64,000 nt of DNA from Vitrella brassicaformis CCMP3155 (taxonomy: Eukaryota > Protista > Chromerida): assembly GCA_001179505.1 (NCBI GenBank), contig CDMY01001028.1, positions 62,001 to 126,000 of the forward strand. The letters are read 5' to 3'. Within the stretch, counting starts at the first letter, position 1. Each line of letters opens with the position of its first letter. Below the pieces are notes generated by a model. It was not told where the DNA came from. It saw only the letters and a list, made by a program, of their open reading frames with translations, and ran no database searches. The translations under genes and the position numbers were made by a program. Of this stretch, positions 47,267-59,000 are shown one piece after another.

Positions 47267-50163
47267 AATGGCGACAATTTTGCTCTTATTGCTTTGCGCT
47301 GTGTCGACAGCGGCTCGTGGGACACTCAAACTGGATGGCTCTCATCTACGCCGGACGGGCGCGTCAGCAGCCGCGGCCACAGGGCGCGGCGACAAGTTCC
47401 CCTACTACTGCTCCAAAGATGTCCGACGCACGCGGGCCGTCCCGCCGCTGAGCGCCGAGGCGATGGCTAAGAGCCCGCAGCTGGCGCAGATACAGGCAAG
47501 AAAGAACAGCCAGGCCAGCCAGATCATGCGGACACATCGCAAGGTGTGGTTGCCATGCTTGTGCTTGTCTGCCTTGCCAGATGGTGATTCGTCACGGAGC
47601 GCGGACGCCCGACCACTCCTCGTTTTGCTGGGACAACTATGACATCCGCTGGAACTGCTCCCTCACCATGGGCATCAGGGGACAGTCATTCATCCCCAGC
47701 CAGCAGCCCGTCACGCTCGCATCCGTCCTCCCACCCTCATTACCAAACGACACGGCCACCGAGCGGGGCCACGCGCAGACACGTGGCCTGGAAATGCAGG
47801 ACATGCCCACGGTCACCGAGCAGCAGACGTTTCTGTTCCCAAAGGTGTACGACAGCTACCCCAATGTGCTTGGCGGTACCTGCCAGGAGGGGCAGCTGAT
47901 CGAGGAGGGCATGGCCCAGCACGCACAGCTGGGCAAGCTGGTGCGGCAGGCATACCTGAGCGCCGAGAGCGGCAGCAACGCGTCGCTGTCCTTCCTGCCG
48001 CTGGTGCGGATGCAGCGGGAGCAGCAGGGGTCTGGCGGCATCCGTGTGTACTTCCGGTCGGACGACGTGCAGCGGACGCTGCTGAGTGGGGCGACGCTGC
48101 TGACTTATTTTCTGAAGGGTCGGGAGGGCGAGACCGAGCAGGAGGCAGGGGAAATTGTGAGCGACCATCCGGTGCTCCATGTGCACACGGTGAGAGGACG
48201 GTAGGGGGAGACGATGACAGCCCTAGGCTGCTTGCACCACGTGTTGTGTGTGTGTGTGTGTTGCAGGGCGACTACAGATTGGACACCATGTACCCAAACG
48301 ATGGTGAGGCAGGCAGTCACTCACGCGCACAGACAAACGAAGAAACACACACAGACTTTCTGCCTGCCTGCCTGCATGAATTCCCCACAGATGTGTGTCC
48401 TCGTTTGAAGGAGCTCAAGCACGCCGCCCGCAACAGCGAGCCCTGCAAACAGTGGCGCGACTCAGACGAGCAGAAAGCCGTCCTCGAGTCACTGCGTGAG
48501 ATCCCCGACATCGGCGGGCCGAACTACCATTTTTCGCACCACCTGATGGACTGTCTCTTCACGGCCACATGCACCGAGCACCGAGTGCCTCGAGGTCAGT
48601 GGGCTGCATGCAGACAGAAGGAAAGCCACCATACGAACGCATTTGATGGGAGTGTGTAGGTCTCGAGTGGTCGGCTGACAGCTTGTTTGCGCGTTACGTG
48701 GGCCAGGTGGAGAAAGAGGAGGCCGCGTGCCGCTTCAGCGCCAACGACGCCGCCTACTCGAAGCTCGCTGCCACACCAGTCATACACGACATGAGGCAGA
48801 AGGCCGCAAAGGTCAGCAAGTCACCACGCAGTGAATGGCGCCCATCGCACTCATCTCATGTGTGTGTGTTATGCAGGGCCTGTCAGAAGCACAGCGGAAG
48901 AGCGGCGGAGAGCGATCGCCGCCAACGGCCCCGCACATTGCCTTGTGGAGCGGACATGACACGGTCAGACAGACCGGAAATGAGCAAAGCACCTGCACTT
49001 ACACATGATGTGCCGTGTGTGTGTGTGCAGACGCTGATGCCAGTATTGGCTGCCATGGGCGCCTGGGACGGCAAGTGGCCCAGCTACGCATCCATCATCA
49101 TACTGGAGGTGAGAGGCGCGAAGCATGAGCCAGCCACGTCATGGATATATTGGTGTATCTGTCGTGTGCTGACTGATGCGATCGATGCAGCTGTATACTG
49201 TTGGTGCCGACAGCCGTGAGGCCTACTTCCGCCTCATCTATAACGGCGAGGTCATCACGTCCATGATCAAGGGATGCGACCCACAACAAGACCTGTGCTC
49301 GGTACGTAGACGCAATACAAGGGAAACACGTCAATCTTTCTCTCTGTCTGTTTCCTCAGTATGACCACTTCGATGCCGTGACGTCATTCGCCAAGGACGG
49401 TCCCGATTGCGACCCGACCGAACCCCCCACACAACAAGACACAAGCCCCATAGCCCCGCCCCCACCCCTGTCCCCTCCCGAGTACTCATCACACACCAAC
49501 AGAAACGTCGGCGTGTCCGACATGGACGAGCCCCTTGCCTCGGCCGACATCCCCCCGCAGCACCCCTTCCCATGGACGTTGGGTCTGTGGCTGCTGCTCT
49601 GTGTGGCGTGTGCAATTGTGGGAGGCTTCCTGGGGGCTGGGGCGACGCTTGCTTTCGTCAGAAAGGTATGTATGGGACAGAAAGATCGGGCTCGTGGGCG
49701 AGCGGAGAGCGTGGTGTTTGTTTGGCGCGTTTGGTGGTTGCAGACTTCCCGGGGAGGGAATTTGCCGCCAGTCGACTTCCCAACGGGTAAATAGGGAGAG
49801 GGGGCACACACGCCGCGAGAGGTAAACACCAACCTCTGTGTGCATGGTTGTCCGTCAGTGTCGGCATCCAACAACGCCGGCAGTACCCGGCGAGGGCCGC
49901 GCTACGTCGAGCTCGAAAGCCCTACCCACGACCCACACCCATTCGACACACACGAAGGCAGCCACAGCAAGGCAATACCACGGCCGACATCCATCCCAGA
50001 CCACAAAGACTCGCCGCCCGTGGTGGACAGGCGGCCGTCGAAGGAGCGGCCGTTGATGCCAGTATGGGAGCTGCATATGAACGGCACACATGGGGGCGAG
50101 GGCGGGGAGGGGGCAGGGGGAGACGAAGAGAAAGGGAAGGGGCAGACAGACTACCTGACATGA
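47267..50163 (+). CDS. Type I membrane histidine acid phosphatase (branch 2; lysosomal ACP2/ACP6-like)
   Basis: Signal peptide MATILLLLLCAVSTAA; catalytic VIRHGARTP; FRSDDVQRTLLSG; proton-donor motif LWSGHDT|TLMPVLAAMG; transmembrane span WTLGLWLLLCVACAIVGGFLGAGATLAFV; cytosolic tail with a YxxL motif (YVEL). Confidence 0.9.
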
Positions 50164-50947
50164 CCATATTGGTGATGGACACAGTATGTGTATTGTGTAT
50201 GCGTGTTGCGTGTCTGTTGGTTGCGTGTGCGTGGGTGGGGGCGCGTCATGTGACAACATGGGCGGATTTCGCATCGCGTCTGCGTGGCCGTGAAGAAGGG
50301 AGGGAAGTTTTCTCGTCATGTCTCTTTCCGTGTGTGTGAGAATAGTCCAATATTCATGGGTCATGGGTCATGATATATACGTGATGTCAGTCATTTCTGC
50401 ACCAGATCAGGCAGGCCATTGGTGCCTTGAAATGCACGCACGCCTTATTGGTTTGTACCTGTCTGCCTACTGGTGCTCAATTCGTGAACACATGAGCCGG
50501 CCGCCAACACTGCGGCCCTTTGTCAGTGATTCGTTATGTCCCACATACTTGACACGATTTCCACGATCAACCTCCAGTATTTACGAGGAATCGATCCGAC
50601 CCTTACAACACCCCCCTCACTCAGACACACACACACACCTACCCCCACCACACACAAACAATCTAGCCGGACCGAAAACCGGCAGCTACACCAGCATTCT
50701 GTCTACTCATTCGGCCCCTCTCTCTCCCTCCCCCTCTCTCTGTCTTTGTCATCATGGCCAGTGGCCACTCATCCATTCGCATACACTCACTCATGCACAG
50801 TCAGCAGGTGAATTCGCGTGTGTCCATGTGCTCATAAAAGCAAAGAAGACATCCACCGCATGCTTTCCGTGAATGCGATCAGGCTCTTCACCAATCAAAA
50901 CAGTCAGCCCCCCTCCCACCACACACATATATCTGTCCTTCATCCCC

Positions 50948-52096
50948 TCATCCCACCACCCTCCCTCTGTTGATGACGTCATGCTCGAGGCTGAAGTGCC
51001 TCAGCACGGCACGCCAGCGGGGCATCGATGTGGGGAAGCGGACGTCGAGCGGCTGAGACCGATCGCCAACAGACCGCTCGGTCGTCCACAGACTGATCTC
51101 GCCCCCTGCCTCACACAAATAGGCAGCGACGGTCTCACCTGGCCGGAAGCCGCTCACAACCACTTCACGATAGTCGGCTGGGTTGGCATGATGCACGTTG
51201 CCGCGGTCGCAGCGGTAGTCCACAGTGACGCCCCCCTGCTGCTCGCTGATTGCCTCTGTCCGCAGACGGCGACAGCGGGGGTCATCACGGGTGGGAGCGA
51301 AGGGAAGGCCGATGAGAGCGATGGGAGCATCCAGCACGAGCCCGCGGCCCACCCCCTCCTCATGGTGCCACCACGTGAATAGCGCGCTCAGGAGGAATGA
51401 CGAGAAGGAGCGGTAGAGCCAGAAGTCCGATCGGATGACGGAATCGCTCGTCTCGCGGATGACGGGATCAGTCCGCTTGTAGCTGTCGGTGTAGCTATGG
51501 CCGGCCGGCAGGTCACCCAACGGCACCACACGGAACGACACATTGCCGATCCGATAGGCACCTTTGTTGTCGGCTTGCTGCACCGCCAGGCTCTGTCCGT
51601 TGTGGGTGAGCATATGGCCGATGGTCTTGTAGAGGGTCATGGCGAGCGGCAGCTGGTGGAAGGCTGTTCGGGAGGGCAGTGCATCAGCCGACAGCCGCAG
51701 GGGCAGAGTGGCATTGGGGGTGAGCCCATATATGGCGGCCAGCCGAATGAACCGCCCCATCTCCCGCCACTCGCCGCCACTGCCCTGCTCCAGCAGATGC
51801 ACCATCCTCAAGCCGTCCTCAAGACCACCGACGTCGAAGACCAGGACGTCGTCGAGCCCCAGACGACCGACGGCCTCCTCTATGCGCTGCTCGACGAGTG
51901 TGAGCGCGGTGCTGGCCTCGGCCTGCGGCAATCTGACGATGCACTGACGAAGTTTGGCGCGTCTGTCGGGGTGGGGTGACATGGCCATGTCTGCCGCCCT
52001 GGTGATGGCAAGGTCGGGCAGAGAGGGAACTGCCGGAGGGGCGGCGGGGGGCTGGGGAGTGGAGGGGGGCATCTGATGCGACGACGACGACGCCAT
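50948..52096 (-). CDS. Intronless member of a lineage-expanded family of unknown function (382 aa)
   Basis: A single clean ORF. Its C-terminal ~270 aa are strongly similar to the copy at 53180-54224 (LEQGS..W...FIRLAAIY.LTP, TAFHQLPLAM, GAYRIGNVSFRVVPL, AISEQQGG, DVINRGRVVG*). Confidence 0.85.
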   Translation of the reverse strand: MASSSSHQMPPSTPQPPAAPPAVPSLPDLAITRAADMAMSPHPDRRAKLRQCIVRLPQAEASTALTLVEQRIEEAVGRLGLDDVLVFDVGGLEDGLRMVHLLEQGSGGEWREMGRFIRLAAIYGLTPNATLPLRLSADALPSRTAFHQLPLAMTLYKTIGHMLTHNGQSLAVQQADNKGAYRIGNVSFRVVPLGDLPAGHSYTDSYKRTDPVIRETSDSVIRSDFWLYRSFSSFLLSALFTWWHHEEGVGRGLVLDAPIALIGLPFAPTRDDPRCRRLRTEAISEQQGGVTVDYRCDRGNVHHANPADYREVVVSGFRPGETVAAYLCEAGGEISLWTTERSVGDRSQPLDVRFPTSMPRWRAVLRHFSLEHDVINRGRVVG

Positions 52097-53179
52097 CGGT
52101 GAGTGAGAGATCTGAATGAATCAAAAGAGGAAGGACACACAAACGAGTGAATGGCAGGCAGTCAGTCAGTCAGACGAGTGCCATGGGAGGGCGGGATGCT
52201 CTGCTCACCTCAGACAGACGCCGTCACAGCAGAGAGGCGGGGGGAATGAGCCGTGGTGAATGAGTGAGTCTGCAGACACACAGCACAGGCGTCATGCAGC
52301 ACCCGCCCAGACTGACTGACCCGCCGCTTTGCCTAACCGATGTCAGTCAGTCGATGCGATGACGAGTTAGCCGCCGACCGCCGCCAATCGATGGCCACCA
52401 GCACCTCAGCGGAAAGGAAGGAACGAGGAGCGACGCACAGACTGGAGAACCAGTGGAGATCTGAGCAGCCACACAAGCAGCGGCTGTGTGAAGCATTGCC
52501 AGTCGTCCTTTGCGCCGCTCCCTGTCCTCTCACCTTCGATAAGCGACCAGAAGCCTTCAAAATCGCCGATGTCAGTCAACAGCAATCCACTTTGACTCGC
52601 AATCCTCGGCAAACCGCTCTCTCGGCGCATTTCGATGACAGCGCGGCTTTGGCGGATGTGTGTCTGGCGTGTCAGCTGCTGTCGAGATGCTGTCGATCAG
52701 TTCAGCTGCCGCCGCCGTCATCTGTGAGTGCGCTGATCTGACCCGTTGAGGTGCGAGAAGGCCGGCAGGCGGGGCGGAGGGCATCAAAGGTGACAGTACA
52801 TGCTGTTTCTGTGTGCTTAATTCTGTCAGGTTCTGTCACTCAGTCGCAGATCATCGCTTTGAGAGTGAGTCCTTCTCTTCTGGGTGGCCAAGGAGTGACT
52901 CACGGGAAGGCGCTGACCGACAGGGTGTGTGAGGCAAAACGGCAGATCAATCTCTTTGATGCTTTGACACACACACGTGCTGCCTGTGCTGCTGTGTGTC
53001 TGCAGAGCCATTCGTTTGTCACGCCTGCCTGCTGGTGCCGGGCGTCTGATATCGTTTGAGGTGAGCAGAGCAGCCGCCCTTCCACGGCACGTGGCGTGGG
53101 CGTGTGGTGGTCGCCCTCTCCATCGTCGACAGTGTCCGGTGTGCTATGTGGCAGGCGGTGGCCATGTGCTGATTGACGA

Positions 53180-54224
53180 GTGGCGATGTCTGATGCGGTT
53201 CCCGATGAGCTGTGGCGTCGGCGTATTCTCCCCTCCCTCCTCGTCCATGAGGTCGTCTGTGTGCGAGCCACCTGCCGGGCGAAGTCGGCTCTCGTGACGG
53301 CTGGTGTGCTGGTGGAGCGCATCGACGGGTCCCTTGCCCGCCTGACACTCACCGGCCTCATCGACATCGACCGCACGGGCCCCCCTCTCATTCACCTATG
53401 TGCTGGGGGTGGCCTATGTGCTGGAGCAGGGCAGCAGCCAGGATTGGCGTCTCGTCGGTGTGGTTTTCATCCGCCTGGCCGCCATCTATCGGCTGACACC
53501 GGCCAGTGGGCTGCCGCTGGTGCTGTCGGCTCAGTGGCTGATGGCCAATCTCCCCAGCAAGACGGCCTTCCATCAGCTGCCGCTCGCCATGGCCATCTAC
53601 CGCCTCTTCGGCCACATGCTCACATACAGGGGACAGAGCCTGGCGGTGCAGCAGGCCGGCAACGGTGCCTATCGGATCGGCAATGTGTCGTTCCGTGTGG
53701 TGCCGTTGAGTGAGCTGCCCGTCAATCATGACTACACTGACGGCTACCAGACGACCGATCCCGTCATCCGCCATGACACCTGTCTCTACCGCTCCTTCTC
53801 GTCATCCCTGGTGGAATCGCTGTTCATCGAATGGGGCTATGAGGAGGGGGTGGGCGTCAGGTGGGTGCTGCAGGCTCGCATCAACCAAAATGACCCCCGC
53901 TATCGCCCTTTGCTGACAGTAGCCATCAGTGAGCAGCAGGGGGGCATCGCTGTGGACTACCGCTACGACCGGGGCAATCTGAATGCCAACCCAGCTGACT
54001 GTCGTTATGTGCTTGTGAGCGGCTTCCGACCCGATGAGGTCGTCGCTGCTCATCTGTCGGTGTATGGCGGGTACATCTATCTGCACACGACCGAGCCATC
54101 TGCTGCCAATCGGCCTCATCCGCTAGCCGACCGCTACCCCGTGTCGATGCCCCGCTGACGTGCCGTCCTGCAGCAGTTCAACCTCGAGAATGACGTCATC
54201 AACAGAGGGAGGGTGGTGGGATGA
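53180..54224 (+). pseudogene. Disrupted paralog of the 50948-52096 family gene, with an F-box-like N-terminus
   Basis: Starts MAMSDAVPDELWRRRILPSLLVHEVVCVRATCR (F-box-like). There is a +1 frameshift in a C6 run at ~53380-53385, and a TGA at 54156-54158 where the paralog has TGG (W). The homologous frame resumes after it (RAVLQQFNLENDVINRGRVVG*). Confidence 0.8.
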
Positions 54225-54937
54225 GGGGATGAAGGACAGATATATGTGTGTGTAGTTGAGGGGGGCTGAGTGTGATGGGTTGAGTGGAAGTGGCTGAGGG
54301 CATTCATTGATGGAATGGAATGGAATGGAATGGATGTCATCTCTTCCCTTATCAATGCGTGCGGACTAATCTGCTGACTGTATGAGAGTGTGTGAGTGAA
54401 ACTTAGATAGATGACCGCACTCGCATGGGATGCCGACGACATCAACGGAGGGACGGTGTACCACTGTGTCTGATGTGTCCTGACTGTGTGTACGTCCAAC
54501 TGACTGACATAGATTCATTCAAATAATACGCGTGATGTGACATTCATTTGAGTGCTCTCACACCCCCTCCCTTCAGACCACACACACCTACTCCCACCAC
54601 ACGCACACACACAATCTAACCCGACCGAACTGCTAGCTAGCCAGACCTCTGCTTACTCATCCGACCCATCACTTGAGTGTCATTCATTGCTCCTCCCTCT
54701 CCCTCCCCCTCCCTCCCCCTCTCTCTGTCTTTGTCTCTGTCTCTGTCCATCCGGTTGATCATCTCATATCGATCAGCATCATCGAGTGACGGCACCCCTT
54801 TGGCTGCAGCGGACGATGGCATGGACAGGGACAAGAGCGTTCTACTCATCCCATGTAAACACACCCACCCACAGTGCGTTCTGCTCAGTATTTACGAAAG
54901 AATCGTAAACCCGGTGGGTGCGTCCTTTCGACGTCAA

Positions 54938-55447
54938 ATGGCCCTTCCTGGCATCGCTCGAATGGGCCTTTTTGGCATCAGCTTGTATGGCGCCGTCACT
55001 GTCATACTGCTGGGTGTCTTTGTTTTGGTGTTTGTGGCGCTGGTGGTCATCCCCAAGGCTTCCCCTGCCGGCAGCAGCGACACGCGCGCCAACGTGTCCA
55101 TCCTCATCTTCACGACGCTCTTCACCGTCTGGCTGGGAGTCTGCTTCATCGGGCAATTGCAGGACAAGAAAGCATCCGTAAGTGAGATGCAGCCAGTGGC
55201 ATCTCATCTGGTGTATCTGTGGCGCGTTCAGGTGCCTGCACAACTGGTTGCTCTGGGCATGGGGGTGTTCATCCTGGTGTTTGTGTCCATCATGGCCTTC
55301 GTCGGCCCATCGGGCGCCGGGAAGAAGACCGACACACCCACAGACACAGGCTATGACGACGAATCGCCCTTACAAGGGGCGGACGAGATGGCACCTGAGG
55401 AGCCGCTCTTGACGGGCGGACAGGAGGGGAATGGGGCGTATCTATAA
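54938..55447 (+). CDS. Small three-transmembrane protein of unknown function
   Basis: Hydrophobic spans LFGISLYGAVTVILLGVFVLVFVALVVI, VSILIFTTLFTVWLGVCFIG and LVALGMGVFILVFVSIMAFVG. One intron at 55178-55231 (gtaagt...ttcag). Acidic tail. The start is uncertain. Confidence 0.65.
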   Translation: MALPGIARMGLFGISLYGAVTVILLGVFVLVFVALVVIPKASPAGSSDTRANVSILIFTTLFTVWLGVCFIGQLQDKKASVSEMQPVASHLVYLWRVQVPAQLVALGMGVFILVFVSIMAFVGPSGAGKKTDTPTDTGYDDESPLQGADEMAPEEPLLTGGQEGNGAYL

Positions 55448-56055
55448 GTGGGAGGGGACGGGGAAGCGTGGGTTGCGCAGCGTGTCGAGCACAGCGATTG
55501 CTATGGACGGTCAGCATCAATCAATGGTATAGTGTGCATTGGCACGGTGGATGCATGAGAAGTTCGCCTGTCCGTCCATGTGCGTGCCTAAGCCAGGTGA
55601 CTGGCTAGTGTCTGTCTTCCTGCATGGTGTGTGACAAATACATACATAAATGCATGGCATTGCACGTGTTGGTGAGACTGATAAACACCCAATACCCTGA
55701 ACGATGCACCCGTGGACATGTACCCACTCGCATCAATCAAATCGGACGAGCAACCCTCACATACGTGCGTATGGACGTGCCCCACGAGAGCAACCCCCCC
55801 TCCCGCCTGCATGAATGCCTGAGGCAAAGCATGCGATGGATGCCCACTGGCTGGCAATATATGTACAGTCAGCAGCCAACAGCCGCCGGCCAGGCACAGC
55901 AGAGAGGCAGAGACCGAAACCCAAAACCACAAGACCACCAGAGCAGTGAGCCAAAACAGAGGGGCCATAACAACCCAGCTAAGGAGCCCCTCAGGTTCCC
56001 CCCTTGCCCCAAGAGAGAACAGTCCAGCGGAAGAGCAGAGCAGAGCAGAAACAAG

Positions 56056-59000
56056 TCAGATGTCTGTGTTGAGGCAGAGTGCCACCCCCTGCAGCACCCA
56101 GAGGCTGGGGTGCTCCTTTGTGTGCAGGTTGGCGTCGAACACCCAGCCCACACCCATGGCGTTGCGGCGGTCCTGCGTGACGTACACGGGGGTGGTCAAC
56201 GAGTCACGCAGCTTCAAACGATTTGCCTCGATCGGCACAATCTGCATTCCACACATGACGGAGGCAATGTGTGCGTGTCTAATCTCAGGGGTGGTCCCCT
56301 ACCTGTATGAGTGGCATCTCCTGGACGAGCTCCTTGGGGTTTTGTCGGGTGAGACACCCCTTCTCCATATCCCAGCGGGCACCCTTAACACACACACACA
56401 CACATGGCTCTCTCTTTTTCGTTTGCCCTGCCTAGCCTTGCCCATCTCACCTCTAGGTAGAGCCCCTCGATGTATGTGCCGTGCTCCAGCCGCTTGGTGA
56501 CCTGGCTGCGGTCCGTGAACTTGGTCACGACGGTGTAGAGGGTGGATTTGTCGAGGGCCCACCCCTTCTTGCGGCACGTGGCCTGCACCAGGGCCGTCAG
56601 CAGCGAGTCGGGGATGTGGAAACCCGACATCCAAAACACGCTCGGCTCGCCCTGAGTCGCCCAATCGACGTACTGCTTGTACCGACGCGTGAAGTGCTCC
56701 ATCCATGACCCCAGCGGCTTGAGCGTCGCCGGCGCCAGACGGGCCCACGCAGGGGGCAGGAAGCCGTTGAAGAGTGAGTTGCCCATTTCGTCAAGCTCGG
56801 CTGATATGCCGATCTCTCCCTTGAGGGCCCGCTTCAGGTCGGCCAGCATGAGCCCCATGCGACTGACCAGAGCATTGAAGCGCTCGATCTCCTACAGAGA
56901 GAGACCCCTTACAATCAAGACTCTCTCTCTGTCTCCTTGTCTGTGCGAGCACGGATAGATCGGCCGACTTACCTGCATGAGGACCACTTCTGACGGCGTC
57001 GGGACGTCGTCCTTGACGAATTTGAGCTCCTCCTTGGGCAGTTTGTCCTCAATGTCGGTCGCCACCTTCTTGATGTACTCGTCGCGGTTGACCCCGCCCG
57101 ACACGGCACCCTCCGACGTCTGCATAGTGATGAGCCCGTGCCACAGCCGCTTGGCGCTGTCGGTGAAGTAACCGATCTCCGCGTTGGGATGCAACCCGAA
57201 CACCTCTGGCGAATTGATCAGAGGCAGCTCCTGCACATTACAGGGATGGAGGCATTGTCCGTGTCTCTGTGTAGGAGGTGGGTGGATGTCTCAGCTACCT
57301 TGATGTAGTTTTGGTAGACGTCGAGCGGTCCTGGGTTGGGGACCTGGTAGTCGAATCCTGATTGGCTAAAGAAAAAGGGCTGGTCCTCGTCGAACAGGAA
57401 ATCGCCCATGTACTCGCTCAAATACGTGACCAGCACACGACGGTCGAAGTCGTCAGTCACACGACCACCGTACATGGCCTCGCCAATCAGATACCTACAC
57501 ACAAACAGACACGTGGGTGTCTCTCCGGCTCCCGTGTGGTGGATGTACTTGAGTGAGCTCCATGGGACGGGGTCGTCGTTGTCGAATGCCTTGCCGAGGT
57601 ACATGCTGAGCAGCCGTATCGATATCCTGAAGTCGCTCTCGTTGAAGTCGTAGCTCACGTTCCACCCGATCTTGCCGTACTTTCGCCGCTCCTGCACCAC
57701 AGCGTGGAAGAATGCCACCACCCACACCAGCGACCGATACGCCGGGTGTGGGCACTCGTCCAGATCCTCGTCAGACAGCTTAGTGTAGGAGCCCTTGACG
57801 TTCAGCTTGAGGCCGTCCGGCGGCTCCGTGACCACCTTCAGCGAGCGCTGAAGAATGCCCAGTGGGAAGGCGTCGGTCGGGAGGGTCGTGAGCCATAGTC
57901 TGAAGTCCTTGTGCGGCTTGTGCATGCCCTCGAGTATCTTCTCGAGGGTCTTGAGCCATGAGGCCAGCAGGTGGCAGTTCTGCAACATGACCCAGTGGCC
58001 TCTCTGGTAGCCCGTCTCGATGTAGTTGGCCGCCTGTTGACCCATCCCCTGACCAAGCGCCAGGAACTTGAACTTGGTGCCCGAGAAGCCAAGGTGTTCG
58101 CCGAGCTTCTGCACGTCGCTCTGGGGGTCGGCGCCCGGAGACAGGATGAACACGACCGGGCTATTCTCTGATGACTGCGCGAAGATCTTGTCGTACCTGC
58201 CGTCATGGATGAGACACATCAGCGTGTATGCCTGTGCATGCGTGCAATGCCTCACTGAAGGCTGGGTGGCTGGACGTAGTAGTCCTGCAGCCGCCAAATG
58301 ACAAAGTTCTTGATCGCGTTGTAGACCCTGTCCGTTCTGAAGCAGCGGATGACGAGCATCTTCTGGAACATAGACAGGCTCTCCGAGTAGCCCATGGGGA
58401 TTGGCTCGTCCTCGGGACGCTCCAAATCGTACCAATCCTTCCACACCTGAGTATATCATGCACCCTTCACACATGCACCGTGCCAACATACACGCACGGT
58501 TCTCTCTTCTGACCTGCACACTTTCCTGGATATCTTTGAGGAGCGTCTCGAACGGGGCCTTTAGCTTGGTGAGTAGCTGCAGGTCCTTCCAGCCTCCGTC
58601 TGGGAACCACTCGAGCCCCGGCGATTTGGGCTGGACCTGCTCGAGTGATGTATTGCCTTTGGTGAAGAAGTCGAGCTCGTCGCGCTGGAGCTCGGCCTCC
58701 CCGTCCATGATCATGGTGGTCATCTGGAAACTGAACATCAACTTGTGGTTCTCGAAAATACCCATGCACACGAAGTCATAGACATTCTGTGTCAGCTTCT
58801 CGGTCACGTTCTTCAGCCTACAACACAGCAGCAGCAGACAGACGCACCGATTTGCTGCTCGTCCGTGGATGCTTGCCTGTTGTCGACAATGCGATCGGGT
58901 CTGGCCTCTCTGAGTGACCGCTCGAAGACTCCCAGGTAGGCGTTGAGGGAGTACTCGTACATGAAAGAAATGTTGGCAAGACCGACCATGGAGAAATACA

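Larger units (their letters stand above)
50608..54735 (+). repeat. ~150-bp imperfect direct repeats (50608-50750 and 54560-54735) flanking the inverted gene pair
   Basis: Shared order of blocks: acaccccc..tcagac(ca)n cctac.cccaccacac..acaatcta.cc.gaccgaa...agcta..cag...tctg...actcat.cg.ccc...ctccccctctctctgtctttgtc. Confidence 0.75.

Noticed and set aside
54156-54158. TGA aligned with Trp, suggesting recoding (UGA=Trp or selenocysteine)
   Set aside because: TGA is the normal terminator of well-supported genes in this window (TL17, DNAH10, the LITAF-like gene), and the same copy also has a frameshift, so a nonsense mutation is simpler.
55624-56310. 228-aa plus-strand ORF
   Set aside because: It overlaps the last DNAH10 exon in antisense and its 3' UTR, with low-complexity composition and no motif.
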